Shown: positions 8,775 to 18,197 of the stretch, in pieces
Position numbering within the stretch: position 1 is the first letter of the stretch
Layout: each line of letters begins with the position of its first letter
Assembly: GCF_036563125.1 (NCBI RefSeq)
Contig: NZ_DATCMV010000179.1
Span: 1,418 to 65,417 of the forward strand
Reading direction: 5' to 3'
Source: Microbulbifer sp.
Lineage (GTDB): Bacteria; Pseudomonadota; Gammaproteobacteria; Pseudomonadales; Cellvibrionaceae
Length of the DNA: 64,000 bases
Position numbers and translations under genes: made by a program
The notes under the pieces: model-generated
The model's database searches: none
Told to the model about the DNA's origin: nothing
What the model saw: only the letters and a program-made list of their open reading frames with translations

Positions 8775-10190
8775 ATGATGTCAGAAAAGTCAGGAAGGGA
8801 GATTGTGCCGCAGGCATATGCTCCATCGCCGACGGTAACGGAGCGCCCCGGCTCGTTTGGTCAACTCCGGAAAGCGCCGGAATCGTTTTTAGATAAATCC
8901 ACTATTGCTGCAGTGAGCAAGTCGGGTATCGATGAAACTCGTCGCCAACTGCTGCGCACCAGTTTCACTACCGCCCTGGCGGGGATGCTTGGGGCCGGTT
9001 TGTCGGCGCGTGCTCTTGCTTCGCAGGGTGACCCGGACATTCTCACACTGCCGCCGTGGTCAAAGTCCCTCGGCAATGCAGTCGCCACCAATCCCTACGG
9101 TCAACCCTCGAAGTATGAGGCGAATATTGTTCGTCGGCAGAGCCCGGGGTTGACGCAAACAGATCAGGCAAGTGTGTCCTTCAGCCCCCTGCAGGGCATG
9201 TTTGGCATGATTACCGCGAGTGGCTTGCACTTTGAGCGGCACCACCAGGGGTGGGTGGATATCGATCCCAGGCGCCATCGTTTGATGATCAACGGCCTGG
9301 TGTCTAAGCCAATGGTATTCACCATGGAAGAGCTGATGCGCTTGCCTTCCGTATCGCGTATTCACTTCATCGAATGCGGTGCCAATACCGGTATGGAGTG
9401 GGGTAATGCTGCGGTGCCGACCGTGCAATACACGCACGGTATGTTGTCCTGCTCTGAATTCACTGGTGTGCCGCTGTCTCTGCTGCTCGAGCATGCCGGT
9501 TACGATAAGGCCACGGCCAAGTATGTGTTGGCCGAGGGGGCTGATGGTTCTTCGATGACGAGAACCATTGATATCGAGCGCGCGCTTGATGACGTGATCG
9601 TCGCCTACGGTATGAATGGCGAAATGCTTCGTCCTGAAAACGGCTATCCACTACGTCTTGTTGTCCCCGGAGTCCAGGGCGTCTCATCCGTAAAGTGGCT
9701 GCGTCGTCTTGAGGTGGGTGATATGCCCTATGCGACCAAAGACGAAGCAATACATTACGTCGATCTGATGCCAGATGGTCAGCACCGGCAATACACATCG
9801 ATCCAAGAGGCAAAGTCTGTGATCACCAGTCCATCCGGTGGGCAGCGACTGTTGACGAAGGGCTATTACAACGTGTCCGGTCTGGCATGGAGTGGTCGTG
9901 GCACCGTGGAGCGTGTGGACGTGTCGTTTGATGGCGGTCGCAACTGGTATACCGCGAAGCTAGAGGGGCCTGTACTACCCAAGGCTTTGACGCGATTCAA
10001 CATCGGCTGGAATTGGGATGGGAAACCGGCGATTTTGCAGAGTCGCGTGGTAGATAGCACGGGTTATGTCCAGCCATTGAAGCGCCAGCTCAAAGAAGTG
10101 CGGGGCTCGCGTTCTGTCTATCACAACAACGCAATCCAGTCGTGGCAGGTCACTGAGTCAGGGGAGGTGGAAAATGTACAACTCACCTGA
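8775..10190 (+). CDS. soxC: Sulfane dehydrogenase molybdoprotein SoxC
   Basis: Tat motif TRRQLL; HFERHH, FIECGAN (Mo-ligand Cys), RPENGYPLRLVVPG..G..SVKWL sulfite-oxidase-family motifs. Confidence 0.95.
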   Translation: MMSEKSGREIVPQAYAPSPTVTERPGSFGQLRKAPESFLDKSTIAAVSKSGIDETRRQLLRTSFTTALAGMLGAGLSARALASQGDPDILTLPPWSKSLGNAVATNPYGQPSKYEANIVRRQSPGLTQTDQASVSFSPLQGMFGMITASGLHFERHHQGWVDIDPRRHRLMINGLVSKPMVFTMEELMRLPSVSRIHFIECGANTGMEWGNAAVPTVQYTHGMLSCSEFTGVPLSLLLEHAGYDKATAKYVLAEGADGSSMTRTIDIERALDDVIVAYGMNGEMLRPENGYPLRLVVPGVQGVSSVKWLRRLEVGDMPYATKDEAIHYVDLMPDGQHRQYTSIQEAKSVITSPSGGQRLLTKGYYNVSGLAWSGRGTVERVDVSFDGGRNWYTAKLEGPVLPKALTRFNIGWNWDGKPAILQSRVVDSTGYVQPLKRQLKEVRGSRSVYHNNAIQSWQVTESGEVENVQLT

Positions 10191-11292
10191 TGCCGTTACA
10201 CGTTCTCTCTGTGTTTTGTTTTTGGCTGCGGCACTTTCGGCCTGTGGGCAGGCCCGCGATGAAAAGGCCGAAGTGGCGACAGTCACGCCGCCTGTTGCCA
10301 GTCCCTGGCAAAGCAATTATCTCGATATCGGTCGCACGGCGAGCCCCGCGGAGATTGCCGCGTGGGATATCGACGTGCGTCCCGATTTTGTCGGCCTGCC
10401 GCCCGGCTCCGGTAATGCAGTGCAGGGTGAGGAAATCTGGTTGGCTCGCTGCGCTGCCTGCCATGGCGACTTCGGTGATTCCAACCAGTTTTTCTCGCCG
10501 CTGGTACTGGGCAATGTGACAGCGGGAGATATTGAAAGTGGTCATGTGGCTGCGCTGAAAGACCCAACCCGGGTCCGCACCACTCTGATGAAGGTAGCCA
10601 CGGTATCCACGCTCTGGGACTACATCAATCGCGCGATGCCGTGGAACGATCCCAAGTCATTGAGCACGGATGAGGTGTATAGCCTGGTTGCCTATCTGCT
10701 GAGCCTTGGCTACATCGTGGACGGCGATTTCGAGTTGTCCAACGAAAACATCGCGGATGTGCAGGCGCGTATGCCAAATCGTAATGGTATGACGCAAGAG
10801 CACGGCCTGTGGAAGGTCGATGATGTACCCGATGTTCACAATACCGCGTGTATGACCAACTGCGAAGCCAGCGTGGAGGTGGCCTCGTCTATCCCGGCGT
10901 TCGCCCGCAATGCCCACGGCAATTTGCGCGACCAGATGCGAATCTTCGGACCCTTCCCTGGGGAGGATACCGGTATCGAGCGCGGAGCTGAAACTGCGAT
11001 TGTATCGGTTGCCGAGGAGCCACTTGAGCCTGAAGCGGGTCTCGCCTCATCTGCACCGATGGAATTGCTCGCCGCCAATAGCTGCCTGGGTTGTCACCAA
11101 ATCGACAGCAAACTGGTCGGTCCCGCATTTACTGCCGTAGCAGAAAAATATGCAGGCCAGGATGATGCGGTGGTTTATCTGAGCCGCAAGATTCGCCTGG
11201 GTGGCTCAGGTGTCTGGGGCGGCTTTATGCCTCCAATGGCACAACTGAGTGAAGACAAGGCAGAAGAAATTGCACGTTGGCTGGCGCAGTAG
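10174..11292 (+). CDS. soxD: Dihaem cytochrome c SoxD
   Basis: WDIDVRPDF.GLPPGSG, CAACH, TLWDYINRAMPW and a second haem site CLGCH; overlaps the soxC stop. Confidence 0.93.
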   Translation: MYNSPDAVTRSLCVLFLAAALSACGQARDEKAEVATVTPPVASPWQSNYLDIGRTASPAEIAAWDIDVRPDFVGLPPGSGNAVQGEEIWLARCAACHGDFGDSNQFFSPLVLGNVTAGDIESGHVAALKDPTRVRTTLMKVATVSTLWDYINRAMPWNDPKSLSTDEVYSLVAYLLSLGYIVDGDFELSNENIADVQARMPNRNGMTQEHGLWKVDDVPDVHNTACMTNCEASVEVASSIPAFARNAHGNLRDQMRIFGPFPGEDTGIERGAETAIVSVAEEPLEPEAGLASSAPMELLAANSCLGCHQIDSKLVGPAFTAVAEKYAGQDDAVVYLSRKIRLGGSGVWGGFMPPMAQLSEDKAEEIARWLAQ

Positions 11293-11363
11293 CTGGGTAG
11301 GCCGATCGTGAACAGGCTTGGTAAAAATAATCGTAACAACATAAGAAAAGAGTGGTGAAGCGA

Positions 11364-11810
11364 ATGAAAACAAGTAGACGCGGGTTTATGAAGCTGGCCG
11401 GTGCCGCCGTGGCAGTGGGTATGCTGCCATTGAAAGTACTGGCGGATTTTGTACGTCCGAAAGAGGCGATGGCGGCAACGGATCTGGCTGGGGTATTTGC
11501 CAGCTTGGGCAATGCGCAAGACAGTGACCAGATCATGCTTGAAACTCCGGATATTGCCGAAAATGGTGCAGTTGTACCGGTCTCGGTCACTAGCGTAATC
11601 CCTGGGACAAGCAAGATTTATGTGGTGGTGGAAAAGAACCCCAACCCGATGGCGGCCGCGTTCATGATTCCTGAAGGCACCGATGCCTTTGTCCAAACCC
11701 GGGTTAAAGTCGCGCAAACATGCCCGATTTACGCCGTGGTGGAGGCTGGCGGCAAGCTGTATAAGGCCAGCCGTGAAACTAAGGTAACCCTCGGTGGTTG
11801 TGGCGGCTAA
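11364..11810 (+). CDS. soxY: Sulfur carrier protein SoxY
   Basis: Tat motif SRRGFMK; PDIAENGAVVPV; C-terminal VTLGGCGG swinging arm. Confidence 0.97.
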   Translation: MKTSRRGFMKLAGAAVAVGMLPLKVLADFVRPKEAMAATDLAGVFASLGNAQDSDQIMLETPDIAENGAVVPVSVTSVIPGTSKIYVVVEKNPNPMAAAFMIPEGTDAFVQTRVKVAQTCPIYAVVEAGGKLYKASRETKVTLGGCGG

Positions 11811-11844
11811 GCAGCCTGAACAAATAAATTGAAGGAGTATGAAA

Positions 11845-12156
11845 ATGGCAGGTTCAATTCGAATTCGGGCGACGCTGAGTGGGGATGTTGCCGAGGTAAA
11901 GGCCCTGATGCGCCATCCCATGGAAACCGGGCAGCGTAAAGACAGTGCCGGCAATAAAATTCCACCGCATTTCATTACCGAAGTGACAGCTACATCTGCA
12001 GGCAAGACCGTGCTCCAGGCCCAATGGGGTGCTGCAGTTTCACAAAACCCGTTCCTGAGTTTCCGTATCAAGGGTGCCAAGGCGGGGGACGTCGTTAAAG
12101 TGCAGTGGCTGGATAACAAAGGTGAATCCGGTGTCGGGGAGGCGACGGTCGGATAA
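11845..12156 (+). CDS. soxZ: SoxZ
   Basis: VKALMRHPMETGQRKD...HFI...AVSQNPFLSF...W.DNKG; GAAGGAG RBS favours the ATG at 11845 over 11839. Confidence 0.95.
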   Translation: MAGSIRIRATLSGDVAEVKALMRHPMETGQRKDSAGNKIPPHFITEVTATSAGKTVLQAQWGAAVSQNPFLSFRIKGAKAGDVVKVQWLDNKGESGVGEATVG

Positions 12157-12229
12157 GCTCGCCGCAAACGCCACGAAATAAAAATAACGCTGGCCGGGCG
12201 CTCGCACGAGCCAGCACACAGGAGGCTCA

Positions 12230-13045
12230 ATGTTGGCTAAATCAGGTTTTGCCACGCTAATACGCAGTCTGTCCGTTTGCATGCTGCTGGTTACCGTTTC
12301 CGCAACAGCACAGGATGATCCCTTCGCAGAATACCGGGCGATGATGGGGGACGATAACCCCGCAATTTTTGTCATTGAAGAAGGCGCCGAGCTTTGGACA
12401 AGGCCTCAGGGGCCAAAGCAAGCCTCTCTGGAGCAATGCGATCTGGGGTTGGGTGCAGGCGTTGTAAAGGGTGCTTATGCCCAGCTGCCCCGCTACTTTG
12501 CGGATACGCAGCAAGTCATGGACTTAGAAGGGCGACTGATGCACTGCATGGTTACCCTGCAAGGTAGAGCGCGCGCTGACATATTGCGCAAGCCCTATTC
12601 AGCGACCGGTGATATGGGCACCGAACTTGAAGCACTGGCCAGCTATATTGCAGAGCAATCCAGCGGTATGCCGATTGTGATACCGCAAAATCACCCAGCG
12701 GAACAGGAAGCTTATGCCTTGGGCGAGCAACTGTTCTTCTATCGCGCCGGCCCTTACGACTTTTCATGTGCTACCTGCCATCGCCAAAGCGACAAGCGCA
12801 TTCGCCTGCAAAAATTGCCCAACCTCACGGTTAGTGATGGTGCAGGTATGGCCTCCTCAACATGGCCGGCATACCGCATTTCTCAGGGCGTGGTGCGAAC
12901 AATGGGCTGGCGGATGCAGGACTGCGCCAAGCAGCAGCGACTCCCCCAATTGTTGCCCGGCTCTGAAGCGGTGGTCGCGTTGATCGAGTATATGAGTGTT
13001 AATGCCAGCGGAACTGAAATGGCCGCGCCCGGCTTAAAGCGATAG
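12230..13045 (+). CDS. soxA: Monohaem SoxA cytochrome
   Basis: GPYDFSCATCH; WPAYR...WRMQDC (catalytic/axial Cys); C-terminal APGLKR. Confidence 0.92.
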   Translation: MLAKSGFATLIRSLSVCMLLVTVSATAQDDPFAEYRAMMGDDNPAIFVIEEGAELWTRPQGPKQASLEQCDLGLGAGVVKGAYAQLPRYFADTQQVMDLEGRLMHCMVTLQGRARADILRKPYSATGDMGTELEALASYIAEQSSGMPIVIPQNHPAEQEAYALGEQLFFYRAGPYDFSCATCHRQSDKRIRLQKLPNLTVSDGAGMASSTWPAYRISQGVVRTMGWRMQDCAKQQRLPQLLPGSEAVVALIEYMSVNASGTEMAAPGLKR

Positions 13046-13057
13046 GAGCTCAAAGCG

Positions 13058-13678
13058 ATGTGGAAATTAAAATACCTGCTCGCTGTCGTTGTGGTTTCTG
13101 TGACGGTGAGTACCAGCGCCGAATCCGGATCGCAGTCCAAAGCAAAGACTGTGGAATCCGTATGGCTTGAGTCGATGGTGGCTAAAAATCATGTGGGCCT
13201 CGATCGTGTAAACCAGACCGCACTGCAGAGAGCATGTAGCAATGCCGATAGCCAGGTGGTTGCAGATACGGAGCGCGAACAGCTGCGGCAGGATGCGGCC
13301 AAATCGGTGGTGTATCCCGCTGACGGTGTGTTTCTCGGCAATTGGCAGCAGGGCGAAACCATTGCTGGAAATGGCAAAGGGATGCAGTGGAGCGATGATC
13401 CCAGCGAGCCGAATGGAGGAAATTGCTACGCGTGTCACCAGATGAGCCCAGATGAGGTCGCGTATGGCACGGTCGGGCCGTCACTGCGCAATTACGGTAT
13501 GCGCGGTGTTTCGGAGGCGATGCTGAAATATACCTGGGCCAAGATCTGGAATCCTCAGGTCTACCTGGTTTGCTCACATATGCCCCGTTTCGGTGATGCT
13601 GGCATTCTCGATGAGCAGCAAATCCGCGATGTGATGGCGTATCTGTTTGATCCGGCTTCCCCTGTTAATCGCAAGTGA
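13058..13678 (+). CDS. soxX: SoxX cytochrome c
   Basis: GGNCYACHQ...GTVGPSL...CSHMPRFG...LDEQQIRDVMAYLFDPASPVN. Confidence 0.92.
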   Translation: MWKLKYLLAVVVVSVTVSTSAESGSQSKAKTVESVWLESMVAKNHVGLDRVNQTALQRACSNADSQVVADTEREQLRQDAAKSVVYPADGVFLGNWQQGETIAGNGKGMQWSDDPSEPNGGNCYACHQMSPDEVAYGTVGPSLRNYGMRGVSEAMLKYTWAKIWNPQVYLVCSHMPRFGDAGILDEQQIRDVMAYLFDPASPVNRK

Positions 13679-13684
13679 GTTTTT

Positions 13685-15406
13685 ATGAATAGACGGGAAT
13701 TTGCCCAAATGCTGGGGTTGGGGGTAGTGGCGGGGATATCCCTGCCACTGCTGAATGGATGTGGCCGCAAATCAGTGGCCGCTGCGGGTGATTTGTACGA
13801 TCTGCCGCGGTTTGGCAATGTGCACTTCATGCACATGACCGATGCTCACGCGCAATTGATGCCGGTTTATTACCGGGAGCCGTCTGTCAATATTGGTGTG
13901 CACGGTGCGAGAAACCAGTCGCCGCACATTGTCGGTGAGGCCTTCTTGAAAGCGTATGGACTACCCGCTGACTCGCGTATTGCCCATGCCCTTACGTATC
14001 TGGATTTCAACGCGGCGGCAGCACAGTTTGGGCGCGTGGGCGGCTTTGCCCACCTGGCAACTCTGGTAAAGCAGGTCCGCGCTTCGCGGCCGGGCTCACT
14101 GCTGCTTGACGGCGGCGACCTCTGGCAGGGTTCGGCGACGTCCCTGTGGACGAAGGGCCAGGATATGGTCGATGCCAGTAAAGCACTGGGGATCGATATC
14201 ATGACTGGCCATTGGGAGTTTACCCTCGGCGCGGACAGGGTCATGGAGATTATTGAAAATGATCTCGACGGCCACATTGAATTTCTGGCGCATAACGTAA
14301 AAGACTTCGACTTTGGCGATGCGATATTTGCAAGCCACACCATGCGTGAAATGAATGGTGTGCCCGTCGCCATTATCGGTCAGGCATTTCCGTATACGCC
14401 GATCGCCAATCCCGGGCACTTTACCCCGGGCTGGACGTTCGGAATTCAGGAGCGTGAGCTGCAGGAAACGATCAACAAGGTGCGCAGCCAGGGTGCCCAG
14501 GTTGTGGTGTTGCTTTCTCACAACGGCGCGGATGTCGATATCAAATTGGCTTCCAGGCTAAGTGGCCTGGACGCGATCATGGGAGGCCATACTCACGACG
14601 CGATTCCGCAAGCGATACAGGTCAAAGACAGCGCTGGTGGACAAACCCTGGTGACCAACGCCGGCAGTAACGGCAAGTTTCTCGGTGTACTGGATTTTGA
14701 TGTACAGGCCGGCAAGATCAAGCAGTGGCATTATCGCTTGCTGCCGGTGTTCGCGGACTTGTTACCCGCGGACCCCAAGATGGCTGCACTAATTGATCGG
14801 GTACGTGCGCCCTATCTGGACAAGCTCAATACCACGCTGGCGACAACTGAGGGGCTCCTGTATCGACGGGGTAACTTCAACGGCAGTTTTGACCAGCTTA
14901 TTGTTGATGCGCTGATGGAAACCAAGGACGCGGAGATCGCATTCTCGCCGGGATTCCGTTGGGGCACTTCTTTATTGCCGGGTGACAAGATCACGGTAGA
15001 GGACTTGATGAGTCAGGTCGCGATCACTTATCCACAGACCACGCTTAATGAGTTTACCGGCGAGCGGATCAAGTTCATCCTGGAGGATGTGGCGGATAAT
15101 CTGTTTAATCCCGATCCCTACTATCAGCAGGGTGGCGATATGGTGCGTGTCGGTGGTTTGGACTACACCATCAATCCAAATGCCGATAGCGGCAACCGGA
15201 TTTCAGAGATGAGCCTCAATGGCAAACCCGTTGAAGCCAGCAAAACTTACAAAGTTGCGGGTTGGGCGCCAGTAGCCGAAGGGGTGGAAGGTGAGCCCAT
15301 ATGGGATGTGGTTGGCAACTGGCTGGCAAGCAAGAAGACCGTGCCGCTGCTTGAGCCGAAACAACCGCGTATTGTGGGCTTGAAGGATAATCTTGGGCTA
15401 GTGTAG
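13685..15406 (+). CDS. soxB: Thiosulfohydrolase SoxB
   Basis: Tat motif NRREF; HMTDAHAQL.P.YYREPSVN, DGGDLWQGS, GHWEF, LSHNG.DVD, GGHTHD, LYRRGNFNG. Confidence 0.97.
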   Translation: MNRREFAQMLGLGVVAGISLPLLNGCGRKSVAAAGDLYDLPRFGNVHFMHMTDAHAQLMPVYYREPSVNIGVHGARNQSPHIVGEAFLKAYGLPADSRIAHALTYLDFNAAAAQFGRVGGFAHLATLVKQVRASRPGSLLLDGGDLWQGSATSLWTKGQDMVDASKALGIDIMTGHWEFTLGADRVMEIIENDLDGHIEFLAHNVKDFDFGDAIFASHTMREMNGVPVAIIGQAFPYTPIANPGHFTPGWTFGIQERELQETINKVRSQGAQVVVLLSHNGADVDIKLASRLSGLDAIMGGHTHDAIPQAIQVKDSAGGQTLVTNAGSNGKFLGVLDFDVQAGKIKQWHYRLLPVFADLLPADPKMAALIDRVRAPYLDKLNTTLATTEGLLYRRGNFNGSFDQLIVDALMETKDAEIAFSPGFRWGTSLLPGDKITVEDLMSQVAITYPQTTLNEFTGERIKFILEDVADNLFNPDPYYQQGGDMVRVGGLDYTINPNADSGNRISEMSLNGKPVEASKTYKVAGWAPVAEGVEGEPIWDVVGNWLASKKTVPLLEPKQPRIVGLKDNLGLV

Positions 15407-15423
15407 TGCTAGCCCAGCATGTC

Positions 15424-15711
15424 TTAGGCGTATTTACTGATCAGGTCGGTGAAGTGCTTTATCTGGCTCTCCAGGTCTGCGGAGCTTTTGTTGCCGCTGT
15501 TCTGCGCCTGGCTTAGCTCCTGGCGCATTGCACAGGCCATGGTTTCGTAGAACGTTTTGTCCAGCGCCCGGCGCGCGGCAGAGAGCTGCTGAGCAACGCG
15601 CTCACAGTCTTGCTCTTCTTCCATCATGCGCTGGATACCGCGCAATTGGCCTTCGACGCGACGCAAGCGTGTGATCAGCGACTTGCGTTTTTCGTCCCAG
15701 TTACTGTCCAT
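15424..15711 (-). CDS. CsoR/RcnR/FrmR-family transcriptional repressor (candidate sulfur/persulfide sensor)
   Basis: RLRRVEGQLRGIQRMM...C..V.QQLSAARRAL family signature; two Cys (C36, C60); convergent with soxB. Confidence 0.85.
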   Translation of the reverse strand: MDSNWDEKRKSLITRLRRVEGQLRGIQRMMEEEQDCERVAQQLSAARRALDKTFYETMACAMRQELSQAQNSGNKSSADLESQIKHFTDLISKYA

Positions 15712-15849
15712 AATTTCTGTTCCTGAACGTAGGCGGGCATTATACACGCAAGTTATGCGGCCTCATCGCCTCCGCTTCCCCTCAACACGCTCAGTCCACT
15801 CCGGAAGAACACGTGCAGATTCCCCCGGGGTGGCTTTCGCTGGTAACGA

Positions 15850-16572
15850 TTACTGCGGGTTTTCCACGTTGTGGTAAACCGCCTGCACATCCTCCAGGTC
15901 GTTCAGCATGTTCATAAACTTCTCGAACAGCGCCACGTCATCACCGGAGATCTCGGTGTAGGTCTGCGGCACAAACTGAATCTCGTCCACTTCAAAGTCG
16001 ATATCACCGAAGGCTTCAATCAGTGCCTGCTTGGCTTTGTAGTAGTCGGTGTGTGGGGCGAAGACAGAGAGTTTGCCGTCTTCGTTTTCGATGTCGGTTA
16101 CATCCACATCCGCTTCCATCAGCGCTTCCAGCACGGCTTCTTCGTCGTCGTGTTTGAACACGAGAATCGCCAGGTGATCGAAGCTATGGCTGACCGAGCC
16201 TTCAGTTCCGATCTTGGTTTTGGTTTTGGTAAAGGCCTGGCGTACGTCGCCAAAGGTGCGGTTGGGGTTGTCGGTCAGGCACTCGATGATGGCCATGCAG
16301 CCGCCGGGACCGAAGCCTTCGTAGCGTGCGCGGGCAAAGTCTTCACCGGCGCCGCCCTTGGCCTTCTCGATGGCCTTCTCGATCACGTGGGCGGGGACCT
16401 GGTCTTTCTTGGCGCGGTCGATCAGGCTGCGCAGCGCCAGGTTGCCGTTGGGGTCAAGGCCTCCAGACTTGGCGGTCATGTAGATCTCGCGGCCGTAACG
16501 GCTGTAGACCCTGGCTTTCATGTTCGAGGTCTTGGCCATTGACTCTTTGCGGTTCTGATAGGCTCTGCCCAT
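15850..16572 (-). CDS. yebC: YebC/PmpR-family protein
   Basis: GG.DP..N.ALR..IDRAK...VP...IEKAI...YEGFGPGG...TDN.NRT...DDVQ.VYHN-like C-terminus. Confidence 0.92.
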   Translation of the reverse strand: MGRAYQNRKESMAKTSNMKARVYSRYGREIYMTAKSGGLDPNGNLALRSLIDRAKKDQVPAHVIEKAIEKAKGGAGEDFARARYEGFGPGGCMAIIECLTDNPNRTFGDVRQAFTKTKTKIGTEGSVSHSFDHLAILVFKHDDEEAVLEALMEADVDVTDIENEDGKLSVFAPHTDYYKAKQALIEAFGDIDFEVDEIQFVPQTYTEISGDDVALFEKFMNMLNDLEDVQAVYHNVENPQ

Positions 16573-16774
16573 GGGGTGCTCCGGTATCGCTGGGTATCAC
16601 TAGAAATTATTGAAAGGCAGCGATTTTACTGGCGGGCCGCGGGTATGAGAAGCCATTCGGCGCTTTGGTGCTTGCACACGCTGGCGACGACTGGGCGCGT
16701 TGGTGAATATTGACCACAATAAGTAGCAGGCATTGCCCTTTTTTACCCCAAAAACCAATTGCCGGAGTTCGTCG

Positions 16775-18085
16775 GTGCACCAGCAGTCGAGAAACGTATT
16801 TGAACGCCTGTTTGCGCTGCGAGCGCACAGAACCACGGTGCGGGGCGAGCTGCTGGCGGGGCTGACCACCTTTGTCACCATGGCCTATGTGGTGTTCGTT
16901 ACCCCCAATATGCTCGCGGGTACCGGAATGGACCACGGCGCCATCTTCGTCGCCACCTGCCTCGGCAGCGCCATTGCCTGCTTCCTGATGGGGTTCTACG
17001 CCAACTGGCCGGTGGGGTTGGCGCCGGGAATCGGGCTGACCGCCTTCTTCGCCTACACAGTGGTGGGGGAGATGGGCTACAGCTGGCAGGTGGCACTGGG
17101 CGCGGTATTCATTGCCGGCGTGTTGTTCGTGGCCATGAGCCTGTCGCGGGTGCGGGAGTGGATCATGAACAGTATTCCCATGTGCCTGCGTTATTCCATG
17201 GGCGCCGGCGTGGGGTTGTTTCTCGGGCTGATCGGGTTGAAGTCCGCCGGTATCGTGGTGCCCAGTGAAGCGACGCTGGTGGCGATGGGGTCGTTCCACG
17301 AGCCTCCGGCGCTGCTGGGCGGGCTATGTTTCCTGTTGATCGCGGTGCTCAGCTACTGGCGTGTATTTGGCGCCATTCTGATCAGTATTCTCGTCGTCAC
17401 CGGCGCCGGCTTTGCCCTGGGATTGGTTGAATACAAGGGACTGGTGTCTGCGCCACCGAGCCTTGCGCCCACCTGGATGGCGATGGATATCCGCGGCGCA
17501 TTCGACGTCAGCATGATCAGCGTGATTCTCGCCTTCCTGTTTATCAATATTTTCGACACCGCCGGTACCCTGATGGGCGTTGCCCACCGCGCCGACCTGA
17601 TCGAGCCGGACGGGCGTATCGAGAAGCTGCCGCGGGCGCTGAAAGCGGACAGCACCTCCAGCGTGCTGGGGGCTTTTCTCGGTTGCCCGCCGGTAACGAG
17701 CTTCGTGGAAAGCGCCGCCGGGGTGGCGGCCGGAGGGCGCACGGGGCTGACCGCCGTCACCGTGGGAGCCCTGTTTGTATTGTGCATATTCTTTGCGCCA
17801 CTGGCGGGAATGATTCCCGCGTACGCGACCGCCGGTGCCCTGATCTATGTGGCGATGTTGATGATGGGCGGCATCGCCAAGATCGACTGGGAGGAATTGA
17901 CCGACGCTATCCCCGCGCTGGTGACGATGCTCATGATGCCGCTGACTTTTTCCATCGCCAACGGCATCGCCCTCGGCTTCCTGACCTACACCGCACTCAA
18001 ACTGTTTACCGGCCAATACCGGCAGATCTCCCCCAGCCTGTATATCCTGAGTGCGATTTTCTTAGCCAGGTTCGCATTCTGGTAG
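16775..18085 (+). CDS. NCS2-family (AzgA-like) purine permease
   Basis: ELLAGLTTF.TMAY, LAPG.GL.AFFAY, FDT.GTL, TSFVESAAGVAAGGRTGLTA, FSIANGIA.GF; GGAG RBS before the GTG at 16775. Confidence 0.9.
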   Translation: MHQQSRNVFERLFALRAHRTTVRGELLAGLTTFVTMAYVVFVTPNMLAGTGMDHGAIFVATCLGSAIACFLMGFYANWPVGLAPGIGLTAFFAYTVVGEMGYSWQVALGAVFIAGVLFVAMSLSRVREWIMNSIPMCLRYSMGAGVGLFLGLIGLKSAGIVVPSEATLVAMGSFHEPPALLGGLCFLLIAVLSYWRVFGAILISILVVTGAGFALGLVEYKGLVSAPPSLAPTWMAMDIRGAFDVSMISVILAFLFINIFDTAGTLMGVAHRADLIEPDGRIEKLPRALKADSTSSVLGAFLGCPPVTSFVESAAGVAAGGRTGLTAVTVGALFVLCIFFAPLAGMIPAYATAGALIYVAMLMMGGIAKIDWEELTDAIPALVTMLMMPLTFSIANGIALGFLTYTALKLFTGQYRQISPSLYILSAIFLARFAFW

Positions 18086-18197
18086 ACCGTAGCCGGGCGC
18101 CAGCCAGTCTCTGTACTCAAGCACAGATTCTCCGGCGGAACCTTTCTTGCAAGGAGGTTGGCATGCAGAATCGCACGACGAGCAGGGAGACATAACA

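Noticed and set aside
4956-15850. Sox island as an active mobile element
   Set aside because: No transposase, integrase, terminal inverted repeats or target-site duplication seen at either flank.
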